NCBI GenBank assembly: GCA_963623485.1
Contig: CAVFLV010000014.1
Span: 6,461-70,460 of the forward strand
From: a bacterium
GTDB lineage: Bacteria > Patescibacteriota > Saccharimonadia > Saccharimonadales > Saccharimonadaceae
Length of the DNA stretch: 64,000 nt
Reading direction: 5' to 3'
Below are positions 1 through 8,847 of this stretch, piece by piece. Made by a program: the position numbers and the translations under genes. The notes below the pieces were generated by a model. That model was not told the origin of the DNA. It made no database searches and saw only the letters and a list, made by a program, of their open reading frames with translations. The first letter of the stretch is position 1, and each line of letters starts with the position of its first letter.

Positions 1-113
1 TTTTTGGTCGCGACCACAATAATCGCCACAATCAAAATCAAAATTATCGCTATCGCAATCGTCGCCACCGCAATAATTTTCCGACGCTCCTTTTTATCCT
101 CTTGATAATACAT
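1..113 (-). CDS. hypothetical membrane protein, N-terminal fragment running off the left edge
   Basis: ATG at 113-111. Hand translation MYYQEDKKERRKIIAVATIAIAIILILIVAIIVVATK gives a basic patch plus one TM helix. Open to base 1. Confidence 0.4.
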   Translation of the reverse strand, partial: MYYQEDKKERRKIIAVATIAIAIILILIVAIIVVATK

Positions 114-186
114 AAAAACTCCTTATCTTCCCATTATAGCACACATTCGGAGTTTTGTCAATTTTTTAGGGGTATTATGGCGAAAA

Positions 187-2247
187 TCAGGCTCCGGCCA
201 CACAGCGCACGGAAAAACCGTATACTTTGGGGTAGCTAGAGAAGCCTGGACTGGTACTTGAGGTGCTGAGATACATAACGTACGCAGTGGACGAATAGAA
301 ATTTGTGTAGTATGCGGTAGACGACCAGTAGAGACCATATCTGTTCCGATATTCGCTTTTGCTAGAGTTCCACCGCCCAGCATAAAGGAAGTTATTCGGG
401 AATTGGCGGAGCCGTGCGGACATCGCCGTTCCGGTCGGGCTCGTATAAGAACCCATGTAAGAACTCAACCCGCCCATAGAGGTAGATAGTGTACCAAAAC
501 TGTAGTTCGTGGTAGAATTTCCACTCGGCAATCGCCAGTTGGTCGGGCATAACGAGGTAGCTACGCTATCCGAAGCCGTGGCGTCATCCATCGCGGTAGT
601 ATTCGCCTTAGCCGCCGCCCAAGTATAATAGTTCCCGTAGCCATACCACTGCACCGCGTTGCCGTCCGCGTTGTATGATGGAGTTAAGGCTGTACCAGAT
701 GCATTCGTGCCACCAATATTAGTGTTATTGTTATTAAACCGTGGCATAGTAAAACCACTTCCGGTATTATACAGACTGTTTGCTGTTGTACTATTCGCAA
801 AATTGGTATCCTCCGAGCTAGCCAGTTTCGTAAAATCTCCGCCCACCCCTTGCGAACCCGAGGCAATTTTTTCCGCCGAGGTCGAGTCATCTAGTCGTAA
901 GTTTTCTAGCATCCAACAGTTTCCATCCGTAAGCCTCGCCACGGCGTAGACGTTCCCGTCGCGACTGTCTTCAAGCGCGATAAACGAGTTTGCCGTCGCG
1001 GTAAAGACCGCGCTAGTAGAGTTATAAGTTACGGCCGTGAGTTTGGTAGAGCAAACGCTAGATGAGAAAGTTTGCATAGTGTATTCCGTGGATTTCGGGA
1101 GCCACACGGCGTAAAGATTTAGCCCTTCGCTAGCTAGCGCGCTAAAGGTGATGTCTTCCATCGGACCGTAAATCGTGTCAGTGCCGATTGTCGGGTTTGC
1201 TTTTGTGCTCCAACCGAGGAACGCATAGCCACTTCGCTTAAAGTTATATGCCTGAAGTGTTGCCGAAGTCGCAGAGGTGCCTACGCTTTGATTCGCCATG
1301 GCGCCTTCTGCCGCGCTCGCATTACTATTGTAGCAAATGTATCCCGCATCACAAGCGCTCACTACGCTCTCTGTCCATTGAGCGTAAAGTGTTAATGCGT
1401 TGCTTGTAGAAGTTTGGTCGAGGGCATAACTTCCGCCCGCGGCGTATTCCACTCCGTCCCCGCTTGCGGTGGTATTCCAGCCGGCAAAATCATAGCCACT
1501 TCGTGTCGGGGTATCGGAGCTAATAATCGCTGTTTCTGACGCTGAGCTAGCGCTAGCGTTGCTCGGCATACCAGAAACCGTGTCCGTTCCGGCGTTGGCG
1601 TTGTAGGTAATCGTGTACGGTGTCGGGTTGGCGGTTACGGTGAACACAAAGGTATTTGAATAACTACCTATTGCCGTGTTCATATCTGCCCGTGCGCCAA
1701 TAGAAACGGTGTAATCGTTGCTCGTTGCGCTCGTAGCCGAGTCTATGGTTTCGTCTTCTGTGTCGGGCCACGGCAGATAATTCGTGTTAGCTACGCTGTT
1801 TAATTTACTCGGTTTATAACCCCATTTACCATTGTAGGCGCTAGTATTGAATGTTTCTGCCGAAATTGCCGAGTCGATCGAGGTAAACCCGGTCGTGCCG
1901 GCAGCATTATTCAGCCCCGTCGCGCTACTGGCTTTAACTTTCAAGACATATCCTGCTGCATGGGTCGTAGAAACGCTAATGGTTTCGTCTCCAGAATCCG
2001 CAAATTTCCCTTCTACAGAGGGCGGTAAGTCAATCGAGGGGCTACCCGAAATCGTGAGCGTTAAAGACGACGTAGCGGCAAGGACTTTTTTGCCACCAAA
2101 AAGCGAGACGATCATTATGATTGCTAACGCAAGTACCGTCAAAACCATTAACGCCACTCGTTTCGTCGCGACCGTCAAGAAGCCTGCCCCCCCCCTAAAA
2201 GGACCGCTACTTAAAACTGGTAAAGCTAGATTTTTTATACTCCACAT
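187..2247 (-). CDS. large surface protein, paralog A (Listeria-Bacteroides-type repeats plus FISUMP-like C-terminal domain)
   Basis: Track ORF 187..2298. TM/signal anchor VALMVLTVLALAIIMIV. Two repeats of the type YTITYNANAGTD..GYDFAGWNT..LTLYAQW. C-terminal DSRDGNVYAVARLTDGNCWMLENLRL .. YGNYYTW .. CPTNWRLPS. Start moved to ATG 2247 because TTG 2298 lies upstream of the TGGTATAAT -10. Confidence 0.8.
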   Translation of the reverse strand: MWSIKNLALPVLSSGPFRGGAGFLTVATKRVALMVLTVLALAIIMIVSLFGGKKVLAATSSLTLTISGSPSIDLPPSVEGKFADSGDETISVSTTHAAGYVLKVKASSATGLNNAAGTTGFTSIDSAISAETFNTSAYNGKWGYKPSKLNSVANTNYLPWPDTEDETIDSATSATSNDYTVSIGARADMNTAIGSYSNTFVFTVTANPTPYTITYNANAGTDTVSGMPSNASASSASETAIISSDTPTRSGYDFAGWNTTASGDGVEYAAGGSYALDQTSTSNALTLYAQWTESVVSACDAGYICYNSNASAAEGAMANQSVGTSATSATLQAYNFKRSGYAFLGWSTKANPTIGTDTIYGPMEDITFSALASEGLNLYAVWLPKSTEYTMQTFSSSVCSTKLTAVTYNSTSAVFTATANSFIALEDSRDGNVYAVARLTDGNCWMLENLRLDDSTSAEKIASGSQGVGGDFTKLASSEDTNFANSTTANSLYNTGSGFTMPRFNNNNTNIGGTNASGTALTPSYNADGNAVQWYGYGNYYTWAAAKANTTAMDDATASDSVATSLCPTNWRLPSGNSTTNYSFGTLSTSMGGLSSYMGSYTSPTGTAMSARLRQFPNNFLYAGRWNSSKSEYRNRYGLYWSSTAYYTNFYSSTAYVMYLSTSSTSPGFSSYPKVYGFSVRCVAGA
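2187..2195 (-). repeat. homopolymer tract C9 on plus strand (G9 on coding strand) inside the N-terminal coding region of paralog A
   Basis: Plus strand reads ctg ccccccccc taaaa. It encodes ..PFRGGAG.. between ATG 2247 and the membrane anchor. Confidence 0.95.
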
Positions 2248-2268
2248 ACAATCCACGCTTATATCATA

Positions 2269-2298
2269 ATTATACCACTCGTGGTTATAGAAAAACAA
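2269..2298 (-). promoter_or_regulatory. putative sigma70-type promoter of paralog A
   Basis: Minus strand TTGTTT-N18-TATAAT with TGg extension. Homologous to the sequence upstream of paralog B. Confidence 0.45.
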
Positions 2299-2378
2299 GT
2301 TTTTTGGATGTTTAATTTAGTTTAATTTAATTTAATGGTCGGGAGATTTTAGTCAAAAATGGTGTAACGGCTTTAGAA

Positions 2379-4268
2379 TTATTCGCCGGCGAGGCAGCGG
2401 ACTGGTAGTCCGGCGCGTTTGTAATTGTTGTCGGATGTAGCTACTATAGATTCGACAATAGTAAAGGTTATTGCAAAATTAATATATTTTCCGTTCGACC
2501 AGCGTGTCCAGACCGATGAAGCTTTTGATTTGTTGTACGGTCCATAGTTGGTATATGTTCCAGAATATACAAAATTGTTTGGAAATTGACGAAGCCGAGC
2601 AGACATTACCGCTCCAGTCGGGGTTCCACTAGCATCAAATGTGTCGGTAGTATCGCCGCTCATTGAAGCAGTTAATTCACGGGTTTTGTATACTGAATCG
2701 CGGTAACTGCCCGGCAACTTCCAATTAGCCGGGCAGATATCGCCAGCTACTGAACTGGACGTACTATATTTTCCGTTCCCCGCCGTCGCCGAATACCAGT
2801 TATAGTAATTCCCATAAGCATACCAGTTTCCTTCGTAAGTTCCGTCCATTTTTAGGTTATCCGTGTTAAGCATGGATTGATCGATACATTCCGCAGTGTC
2901 CTCGCTGCACCACGAACTCGAACTCGCCGAAAGCACAAAACCTTCAGCCGGGTTGTGAGTATTTGCGCTCGTGATTGTCGCCGTGTTGTCTAGTCGCAAG
3001 TTCTCCAGCATCCAACAATTCCCGTCCGTTAGCCTCGCCACGGCGTAGACATCTCCGTCACGCTCGTCTTCTAGAGCGATGAGTGAATCCGCGGAGACTG
3101 TGAAGTTGGTAGAAGTAGTCACCGAGGTTGTGCCGGACAGGTTAGTAGTGGTAGTTGCGGTGCTACTGTAGACCGTTGCGGTAAGTTCAGCGGAACAAAC
3201 GCTGGCCGAGAAAGTCTGCATCGTGTACTCCGTAGATTTCGGCAGCCACACCGCGTAAAGTGTGATGCCATCATCAGAAAGATTGGAAAAAGTGATATCT
3301 TCCATCGGTCCATAAATCGTATCAGTCCCAATCACCGGGTTTTGTTTCGTGCTCCAGCCGATGAAAGCGTAGCCGCTGCGTTTAAAGTTATATGCCTGAA
3401 GCGTTGCCGAGGTCGCGTAGGTAATTTCCTGAGGTGCCATCGTCCCCTCCACCGTGTCCGTGCCGGCATTACTATTATAATAAATGTATTTTTTCTTTGT
3501 CCACTGCGCATAAAGCGTAAGCGTATTATCTGTAGAAGTTTGGTTGAGGGTAAACGTGCTACCTTTGGCATAACCCGTCCCGCTTCCGCTAGCGGTAGTA
3601 TTCCATCCGCTAAAATCATAACCGCTCCGCGTCGGGGAGTTGGAGCTAATCGTGACCGTTTCTGTCGCTGAGCTAGCGCTAACATTACTCGGCATCCCCG
3701 AAACCGTGTCCGTCCCCGCATTAGCATTATAGGTGATTTTATACGGCGTGGGGTTCGCGGTAACAGTAAAAACAAAAGTGTTAGAATAATCCCCAATCGC
3801 GGTATCAATATTCGCTCTTGCGCCGATCGAGACCGTATATTTATTATTGGTGGCACTAGAAACTGAATCCAAGGTACTACCACTAGTCGTCGGGGCGGGG
3901 AGATAATTTGTGTTCGCCGTGCTATTTAGCTTGCTTGGCTTGTAGCCCCACTTACCATTATACGCGCTGGTATCAAAAGTCTCCGCCGAAATCGCCGAGG
4001 AAATAGAGGTGAAACCCGTCGTGCCGGACGAGTTCTTGAGGTCCGTCGCGCTGCTAGCCTTGACTTTCAAAACATACCCCGCCGCATGAGTAGTAGAAAC
4101 ACTAATCGTCTCATCTCCCGAATCCGCAAACTTCCCCTCCGCCGACGGCGGCAGGTTAATCGTAGGATTACCCGAAACAGAAATCGTCAGCGACGACGCC
4201 GTGGCAAAAACTTTTCGCTCGCCAAAAATCATTGTTATTACCGGAACCAAAAATACCAGCGCGAGCAA
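2379..4268 (-). CDS. large surface protein, paralog B (same architecture as paralog A)
   Basis: 629-aa ORF from TTG 4268. The first ~240 aa are near-identical to paralog A (GKFADSGDETISVSTTHAAGYVLKVKASSAT..). Same repeat type. Divergent FISUMP-like C-terminus (DGNCWMLENLRL, CPANWKLPG). Confidence 0.8.
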   Translation of the reverse strand: MLALVFLVPVITMIFGERKVFATASSLTISVSGNPTINLPPSAEGKFADSGDETISVSTTHAAGYVLKVKASSATDLKNSSGTTGFTSISSAISAETFDTSAYNGKWGYKPSKLNSTANTNYLPAPTTSGSTLDSVSSATNNKYTVSIGARANIDTAIGDYSNTFVFTVTANPTPYKITYNANAGTDTVSGMPSNVSASSATETVTISSNSPTRSGYDFSGWNTTASGSGTGYAKGSTFTLNQTSTDNTLTLYAQWTKKKYIYYNSNAGTDTVEGTMAPQEITYATSATLQAYNFKRSGYAFIGWSTKQNPVIGTDTIYGPMEDITFSNLSDDGITLYAVWLPKSTEYTMQTFSASVCSAELTATVYSSTATTTTNLSGTTSVTTSTNFTVSADSLIALEDERDGDVYAVARLTDGNCWMLENLRLDNTATITSANTHNPAEGFVLSASSSSWCSEDTAECIDQSMLNTDNLKMDGTYEGNWYAYGNYYNWYSATAGNGKYSTSSSVAGDICPANWKLPGSYRDSVYKTRELTASMSGDTTDTFDASGTPTGAVMSARLRQFPNNFVYSGTYTNYGPYNKSKASSVWTRWSNGKYINFAITFTIVESIVATSDNNYKRAGLPVRCLAGE

Positions 4269-4296
4269 AATTAATATTTTTGCGTATTTTCTACGG

Positions 4297-4313
4297 CTCT
4301 CTCTCTCTCTCTC
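4297..4313 (-). repeat. dinucleotide repeat (CT)8.5 on plus strand, (GA)8.5 on coding strand, just upstream of the paralog B ORF
   Basis: ctctctctctctctctc read directly. It lies between an upstream ATG (4378) and the TTG-initiated ORF (4268). Confidence 0.95.
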
Positions 4314-4383
4314 GAGCGGAAATCACAAAAAACACAGGAAATTGGATTTCTAGTTTTTTGCGTACATGTCATATTCATATATT

Positions 4384-4412
4384 ATGATAGCATTTATGGT
4401 TATAAAAAACAA
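4384..4412 (-). promoter_or_regulatory. putative promoter of paralog B
   Basis: Minus strand TTGTTT-N17-TATCAT(AAT) preceded by TGC. Overlaps the tatD stop. Confidence 0.4.
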
Positions 4413-5323
4413 GCTTTCGCGTTTTTCGTCGTCTTTTGTGCAACTTCTGCTTTTGAGATTTCGAGCTTTAGCGCCAACCAATCGGCAATGTTGGAAATAA
4501 AGGCCGGCTCGTTCGTCCCGCCACGGTGTGGCACTGGCGCAAGAAATGGTGCGTCGGTTTCGAGCAAAATCCGCTCGAGCGGCGGCGTCGGCAAAGTCGA
4601 ATAAGTCGCGAGACCATTTACGCCAACATAAAAGTCCGTCTCCGTCAAAATGCGGCGCAAAACTTTTTTACTATCCGTAAACGAATGTACCACTCCGCGC
4701 ACCGTCGGAAAGTTCGCCACCACCGGAAAGAAATCATCAAACGCCTCCCGCACATGAAACGACACCGGCAAATCGTGGTCAGTCGCCAATTGTAGCATCT
4801 CCTCGAACAACCGAATTTGTTTTTTCCGGTCATAACCCTCATAATGATAATCCAACCCGACTTCACCGATAGCAATGGGTGAAGTGTTTATGTTCCGGCG
4901 CAGGGTATTCCGGAGCGCGGCAGCGCGAGGATTAGCGCGCTCTCCCCATGGCGATGGGCGAGAGCGACGCGACCCTGCGCGGAACATAAACGCTTCGTCG
5001 CCAGAACTTGCATTCTCCGGATGAATCCCGTAAGTCCAAAACACATTTTCGTGCCCTCGCGCAAACTCCCTCGCTGCCAAAGAATCCTCGTGCGATGTCC
5101 CGATGCAAATAATCTTTTTCACCCCAGCCCGAAAAGCCCGCTCAAGGCACATCTCTGCCTCTTCCTCTGAGAAAAACTCTCGATCATGGAGGTGACAATG
5201 GGCGTCCACCAGGAACGAAGAGCCTCTTTCGAGGACCGTAGGCTTGGCCGAACGGCCTTGAGTGTGTCCGAGAAAGACGGTTCTTCGTTCCTTGTTAGCA
5301 GAGCTTTTATCCACGATTTTCAC
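4400..5323 (-). CDS. tatD: TatD-family metal-dependent hydrolase/DNase
   Basis: VDAHCHLHD, GIHPE, GEVGLDYHY, HSF and ETDAPF motifs. Contains an Arg-rich insert of ~35 aa. Confidence 0.85.
   Translation of the reverse strand: MKIVDKSSANKERRTVFLGHTQGRSAKPTVLERGSSFLVDAHCHLHDREFFSEEEAEMCLERAFRAGVKKIICIGTSHEDSLAAREFARGHENVFWTYGIHPENASSGDEAFMFRAGSRRSRPSPWGERANPRAAALRNTLRRNINTSPIAIGEVGLDYHYEGYDRKKQIRLFEEMLQLATDHDLPVSFHVREAFDDFFPVVANFPTVRGVVHSFTDSKKVLRRILTETDFYVGVNGLATYSTLPTPPLERILLETDAPFLAPVPHRGGTNEPAFISNIADWLALKLEISKAEVAQKTTKNAKACFL
4886..4991. repeat. GC-rich palindromic element (~106 nt) embedded in frame in tatD
   Basis: Terminal inverted repeats gtttatgttccggcgcagggt (4886-4906) and accctgcgcggaacataaac (4972-4991), matching 20/21. 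Further internal palindromes include cccatggcgatggg. Confidence 0.6.
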
Positions 5324-7121
5324 GTTTCCGTTTAATCGGGTCGAGCTGACGCTTACGTAGCCGGAGCGACTTTGGCGTCACCTCGAGCAGTTCGTCATCA
5401 AGCAAAAAGTCCAAACATTGCTCGAGCGACAACTGCGTATACGGCGTCAGCTGAATCGCCCCGTCCGAAGCGTGTGTCCGCATATTCGTCAGTTGTTTTT
5501 CACGACAAACATTAATATCCAGGTCATCTTTTTTGTTCGACAGCCCCACAATCATCCCTTGATACACCGGCACCTGCGGCGGAATATACAAAATCCCCCG
5601 CGCCTGTGCATTGTCCAACGCGTAAGCTGTCGAAGTTCCACTCTCCGACGCAATCAGCGCACCATTGCGTTCCGGCTTATACTTCCCCTCGACCGGACGA
5701 TATCCACTTGGCAAGCTTGACATCAACACCGTGCCTTTGGTCGCAGTCAACAAGTTATTCCTTAACCCAATCAGTGCCGCTGTCGAAATTTCATACACAA
5801 ATCGCGTCGCTCCGCTCGTGGTCAGCTCCTGTGATTTTAATTCCGCTTTGCGAATCCCGAGTTCCTGCGACACTGCCCCCACAAACTCCGACTCCACTTC
5901 AATCGTCAAATTCTCAATCGGCTCCTGCTTTACGCCGTCGATTTCTTTATACACCACTTCCGGCCGCCCCGCCTCGAGTTCATAACCTTCGCGCCGCATT
6001 GTCTCGATTAATACCGAAAGATGTAGCTCGCCCCGTCCCGACACCTTGTAGCCCAGTCCGTCCGGCGTGATTTTCAGCGCAATATTCGTTTCCAGCTCTT
6101 TTTCGAGCCGTTCCGCAATCTGCCGCGAAGTCGTAAACTCGCCTTCACGCCCCTTTAGCGGCGAAGTATTTGGCCCGATATAAATCGACAGCGTCGGCGC
6201 CTCGAGCTCGATCGTCGGCAAAGCCTCTGGATTGTCACCCGTCGCAATCGTATCACCAATATTCGCCTCCGCCACCCCCGTCAGCGCCACAATGTCCCCC
6301 GCAATCGCCTCGGAAACTTCCTCTTTCCCGAGACCCTTATAAACGAAAACTTTGTCAATCTTGCCAGGGTGCGTAGAAGAACTACTTAAAATTTTTACAC
6401 TCTGACCTTTTTTAAGTTTACCTCTAAAAATCTTGCCAATACAATATTTTCCAAGATAATTATCCGACGCCAGCGCCGCAACCAAAAGTTGCGCCGACTC
6501 GGCGGTTTCGTCCACCGACGGCGCCGGAATATCGTTGATAATCGACTCGAAAATCACATGCAAATCATTGTCCAGCTTGGTCGTTTTCCCCGCTCTGCCC
6601 TCGCGCGCAATTGCATAATAAACCGGATAAAACAGTTGCGACTCGTCCGTCGCGAGCTCCAAAAACAGACTCTCGATCTCACTTTTCACCTCTTCAATTC
6701 GCGCCGCCGGCTTGTCGATTTTATTAATTATCACCACTGGCTTCAAATTCAGCTCCAATGCCTTTTGCAATACAAACTTCGTTTGTGGCATTGGCCCTTC
6801 TTGCGCATCTACAATCAAAAACACCCCGTCCGCCATATTCAGCGTCCGCTCGACCTCCCCCGAAAAGTCCGCGTGCCCCGGCGTATCGATAATATTAATC
6901 TTATACCCGTCATAATACACACAAGTCTGCTTTGCCGTAATCGTAATCCCGCGCTCATGCTCCTGATCCATCGAATCCATAATCAAGGTCTGCGACATCT
7001 CGGCCTGATTGTCGCGAAAAGTGTGCGACTGCTTTAACAGCCCGTCCACTAATGTAGTTTTGCCATGGTCAACGTGCGCAATAATCGCCACGTTGCGAAT
7101 TTTATCTTTATTCAAAGTCAT
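5307..7121 (-). CDS. typA: translational GTPase TypA/BipA
   Basis: AIIAHVDHGKTTLVD, DTPGHADF and NKIDK GTPase motifs. 604 aa. Confidence 0.95.
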   Translation of the reverse strand: MTLNKDKIRNVAIIAHVDHGKTTLVDGLLKQSHTFRDNQAEMSQTLIMDSMDQEHERGITITAKQTCVYYDGYKINIIDTPGHADFSGEVERTLNMADGVFLIVDAQEGPMPQTKFVLQKALELNLKPVVIINKIDKPAARIEEVKSEIESLFLELATDESQLFYPVYYAIAREGRAGKTTKLDNDLHVIFESIINDIPAPSVDETAESAQLLVAALASDNYLGKYCIGKIFRGKLKKGQSVKILSSSSTHPGKIDKVFVYKGLGKEEVSEAIAGDIVALTGVAEANIGDTIATGDNPEALPTIELEAPTLSIYIGPNTSPLKGREGEFTTSRQIAERLEKELETNIALKITPDGLGYKVSGRGELHLSVLIETMRREGYELEAGRPEVVYKEIDGVKQEPIENLTIEVESEFVGAVSQELGIRKAELKSQELTTSGATRFVYEISTAALIGLRNNLLTATKGTVLMSSLPSGYRPVEGKYKPERNGALIASESGTSTAYALDNAQARGILYIPPQVPVYQGMIVGLSNKKDDLDINVCREKQLTNMRTHASDGAIQLTPYTQLSLEQCLDFLLDDELLEVTPKSLRLRKRQLDPIKRKRENRG

Positions 7122-7166
7122 AACGATAATTTTATCACATTTTATTGCATTAGTCCAGAGTAAAAC

Positions 7167-7195
7167 TTGACTTTTTGTGCAATCTGTGCTATAAT
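7167..7195 (+). promoter_or_regulatory. promoter upstream of the dCMP deaminase gene
   Basis: TTGACT-N17-TATAAT with TGC extension. Confidence 0.55.
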
Positions 7196-7268
7196 CAAAA
7201 GATATCGCTACTACCTAGCCAAAATCTTGTAAATCCATGCTATAATTTAATAAAATTGGAGATTTTTT

Positions 7269-7835
7269 ATGGAGCAGAGTAGTCAAACAGACCAAAAACA
7301 GCGCGCGTGGGACGAATATTTTATGGAAATTGCCAAAGTCGTGGCAACCAAATCCAAGGACCCGTCGTCCAAAATGGGCTGCGTGATTGTCGACCCGAAA
7401 AAACGCGTGGTTTCGATGGGCTATAACGGTATGCTCCAAGGCGCGGACGAATCCAAAATGACCCTCCTTGAACGTCCGATGAAATATTATTTCGCCATTC
7501 ACTCCGAGATGAACGCCCTGATTTTTGCTCGCCAAGATTTAACCGGTTGCACCGTTTATAATCGCGTGGCGACGTGCGAAAATTGTCTTAAATACTGTCT
7601 GCAGGCGGGGATTAAGCGGTTCGTTTATAACGAACTGCGCGTCAAATCTCACTCCGTGGACCCCAAAAAATCCATGACCAACGTCGAAACCGACGAGGCG
7701 GTAATTCGGCTCCTCACTTCCATGCCCGACGTCGAGACTTTGAATCTCACAAATGGCAAAACCTACATTGAAGATATCCTTGACTCTTACGCCAAGGATT
7801 CTCCAGAATATGCTCGTCTAATTAAATGGTGCTAA
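7269..7835 (+). CDS. deoxycytidylate (dCMP) deaminase, ComEB-like
   Basis: HSEMNAL and TCENC zinc-binding deaminase motifs. Confidence 0.8.
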   Translation: MEQSSQTDQKQRAWDEYFMEIAKVVATKSKDPSSKMGCVIVDPKKRVVSMGYNGMLQGADESKMTLLERPMKYYFAIHSEMNALIFARQDLTGCTVYNRVATCENCLKYCLQAGIKRFVYNELRVKSHSVDPKKSMTNVETDEAVIRLLTSMPDVETLNLTNGKTYIEDILDSYAKDSPEYARLIKWC

Positions 7836-8107
7836 TGTTTACATTTGCATCCAAATCTCCAAATCATGATGCAAATCGCAATCGCCGAGATGATTACGCT
7901 TCCGGCCACGACGCCCGCCGCCGACATTGGCACTAGCCATTCGTTTTCGGAAGTCGTACTAGTCAGCGACATTTCTTCCGGCCGCTCCCCGCCCATCGGA
8001 CCGCCGCTCATCTCCGTCTCGTCCCCTTCCTCCGGTTTTTCCGGCGGAGTGTTTGTGAGCGTCTCCGTCGTATCCGTAGTGTCGGTAGTTTTAGTGGTGT
8101 CTTCCAT
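7832..8107 (-). CDS. hypothetical small acidic protein with C-terminal TM helix
   Basis: 91-aa ORF with a TTDTTDTTE / Pro-Glu-rich N-terminus and TM helix AGVVAGSVIISAIAICIMIW. No recognisable homology. Confidence 0.35.
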   Translation of the reverse strand: MEDTTKTTDTTDTTETLTNTPPEKPEEGDETEMSGGPMGGERPEEMSLTSTTSENEWLVPMSAAGVVAGSVIISAIAICIMIWRFGCKCKH

Positions 8108-8165
8108 AATTCTCCTTTGTTATTATAATTCTATTATATATTATTATGCTTAAAACGGGCTTAAT

Positions 8166-8813
8166 TCACCACTCAATTTCCGTAAGTTGTACTTTTCTTA
8201 AAAACTCGTTGCATTTCGAAAACGGGCGACTACCAAAAAATCCGTGATACGCCGAAAGTGGCGACGGGTGTGCCGACTCAACCACCAAGTGTTTACTCTC
8301 ATCAATTAGCGCTTTTTTCTTGCGCGCGTCCTGTCCCCACAAAATAAACACCACGTGCTCGCGATTTTCATTCAAATACTTTAGCACTTCCGTCGTAAAA
8401 ATCTCCCAGCCTTTGCCCGCATGCGATTTCGGCTGATGCGCCTCGACGGTCAGCACAGTATTCAAAAGTAGCACTCCTTGGCTTTGCCAATGCCTCAAAC
8501 TCCCACTTTTATCGCGGCACCGCCCTATGTCTCTCTCGATTTCTTTGTAGATATTTTTTAGAGACGGCGGCACCGGCTGTCCACTCGGCACCGAAAACGC
8601 CAACCCCTCCGCCGCTCCGGGCGTATGATACGGGTCTTGTCCTAAAATCACGACCTTAATCTCGTTCAAATCCGTCGTAAATGCCGAAAATACTAGTTGT
8701 TTTGGCGGAAAAATCGTCTTCGTAGCATAAGCTTGACACAAAAACTCCGCTAATTCTCTAAAATAGGGCTTTTCAAACTCGGAATTTAAAAACGGTCGCC
8801 AACTCTCATGCAT
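8166..8813 (-). CDS. ung: uracil-DNA glycosylase
   Basis: GQDPYH, LLLNTVLTV and HPSPLSA motifs. Confidence 0.95.
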   Translation of the reverse strand: MHESWRPFLNSEFEKPYFRELAEFLCQAYATKTIFPPKQLVFSAFTTDLNEIKVVILGQDPYHTPGAAEGLAFSVPSGQPVPPSLKNIYKEIERDIGRCRDKSGSLRHWQSQGVLLLNTVLTVEAHQPKSHAGKGWEIFTTEVLKYLNENREHVVFILWGQDARKKKALIDESKHLVVESAHPSPLSAYHGFFGSRPFSKCNEFLRKVQLTEIEW

Positions 8814-8847
8814 GATATAATAATTATAACACTTATTGGAGAATCAT

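Noticed and set aside
123-2269. Short ORFs overlapping paralog A (123..383, 659..949, 684..890, 1847..2269), and the analogous ORFs inside paralog B (3119..3331, 3332..3883, 3342..3671, 4086..4274)
   Set aside because: They are nested within, or antisense to, long ORFs with clear domain signatures. They have no independent signals.
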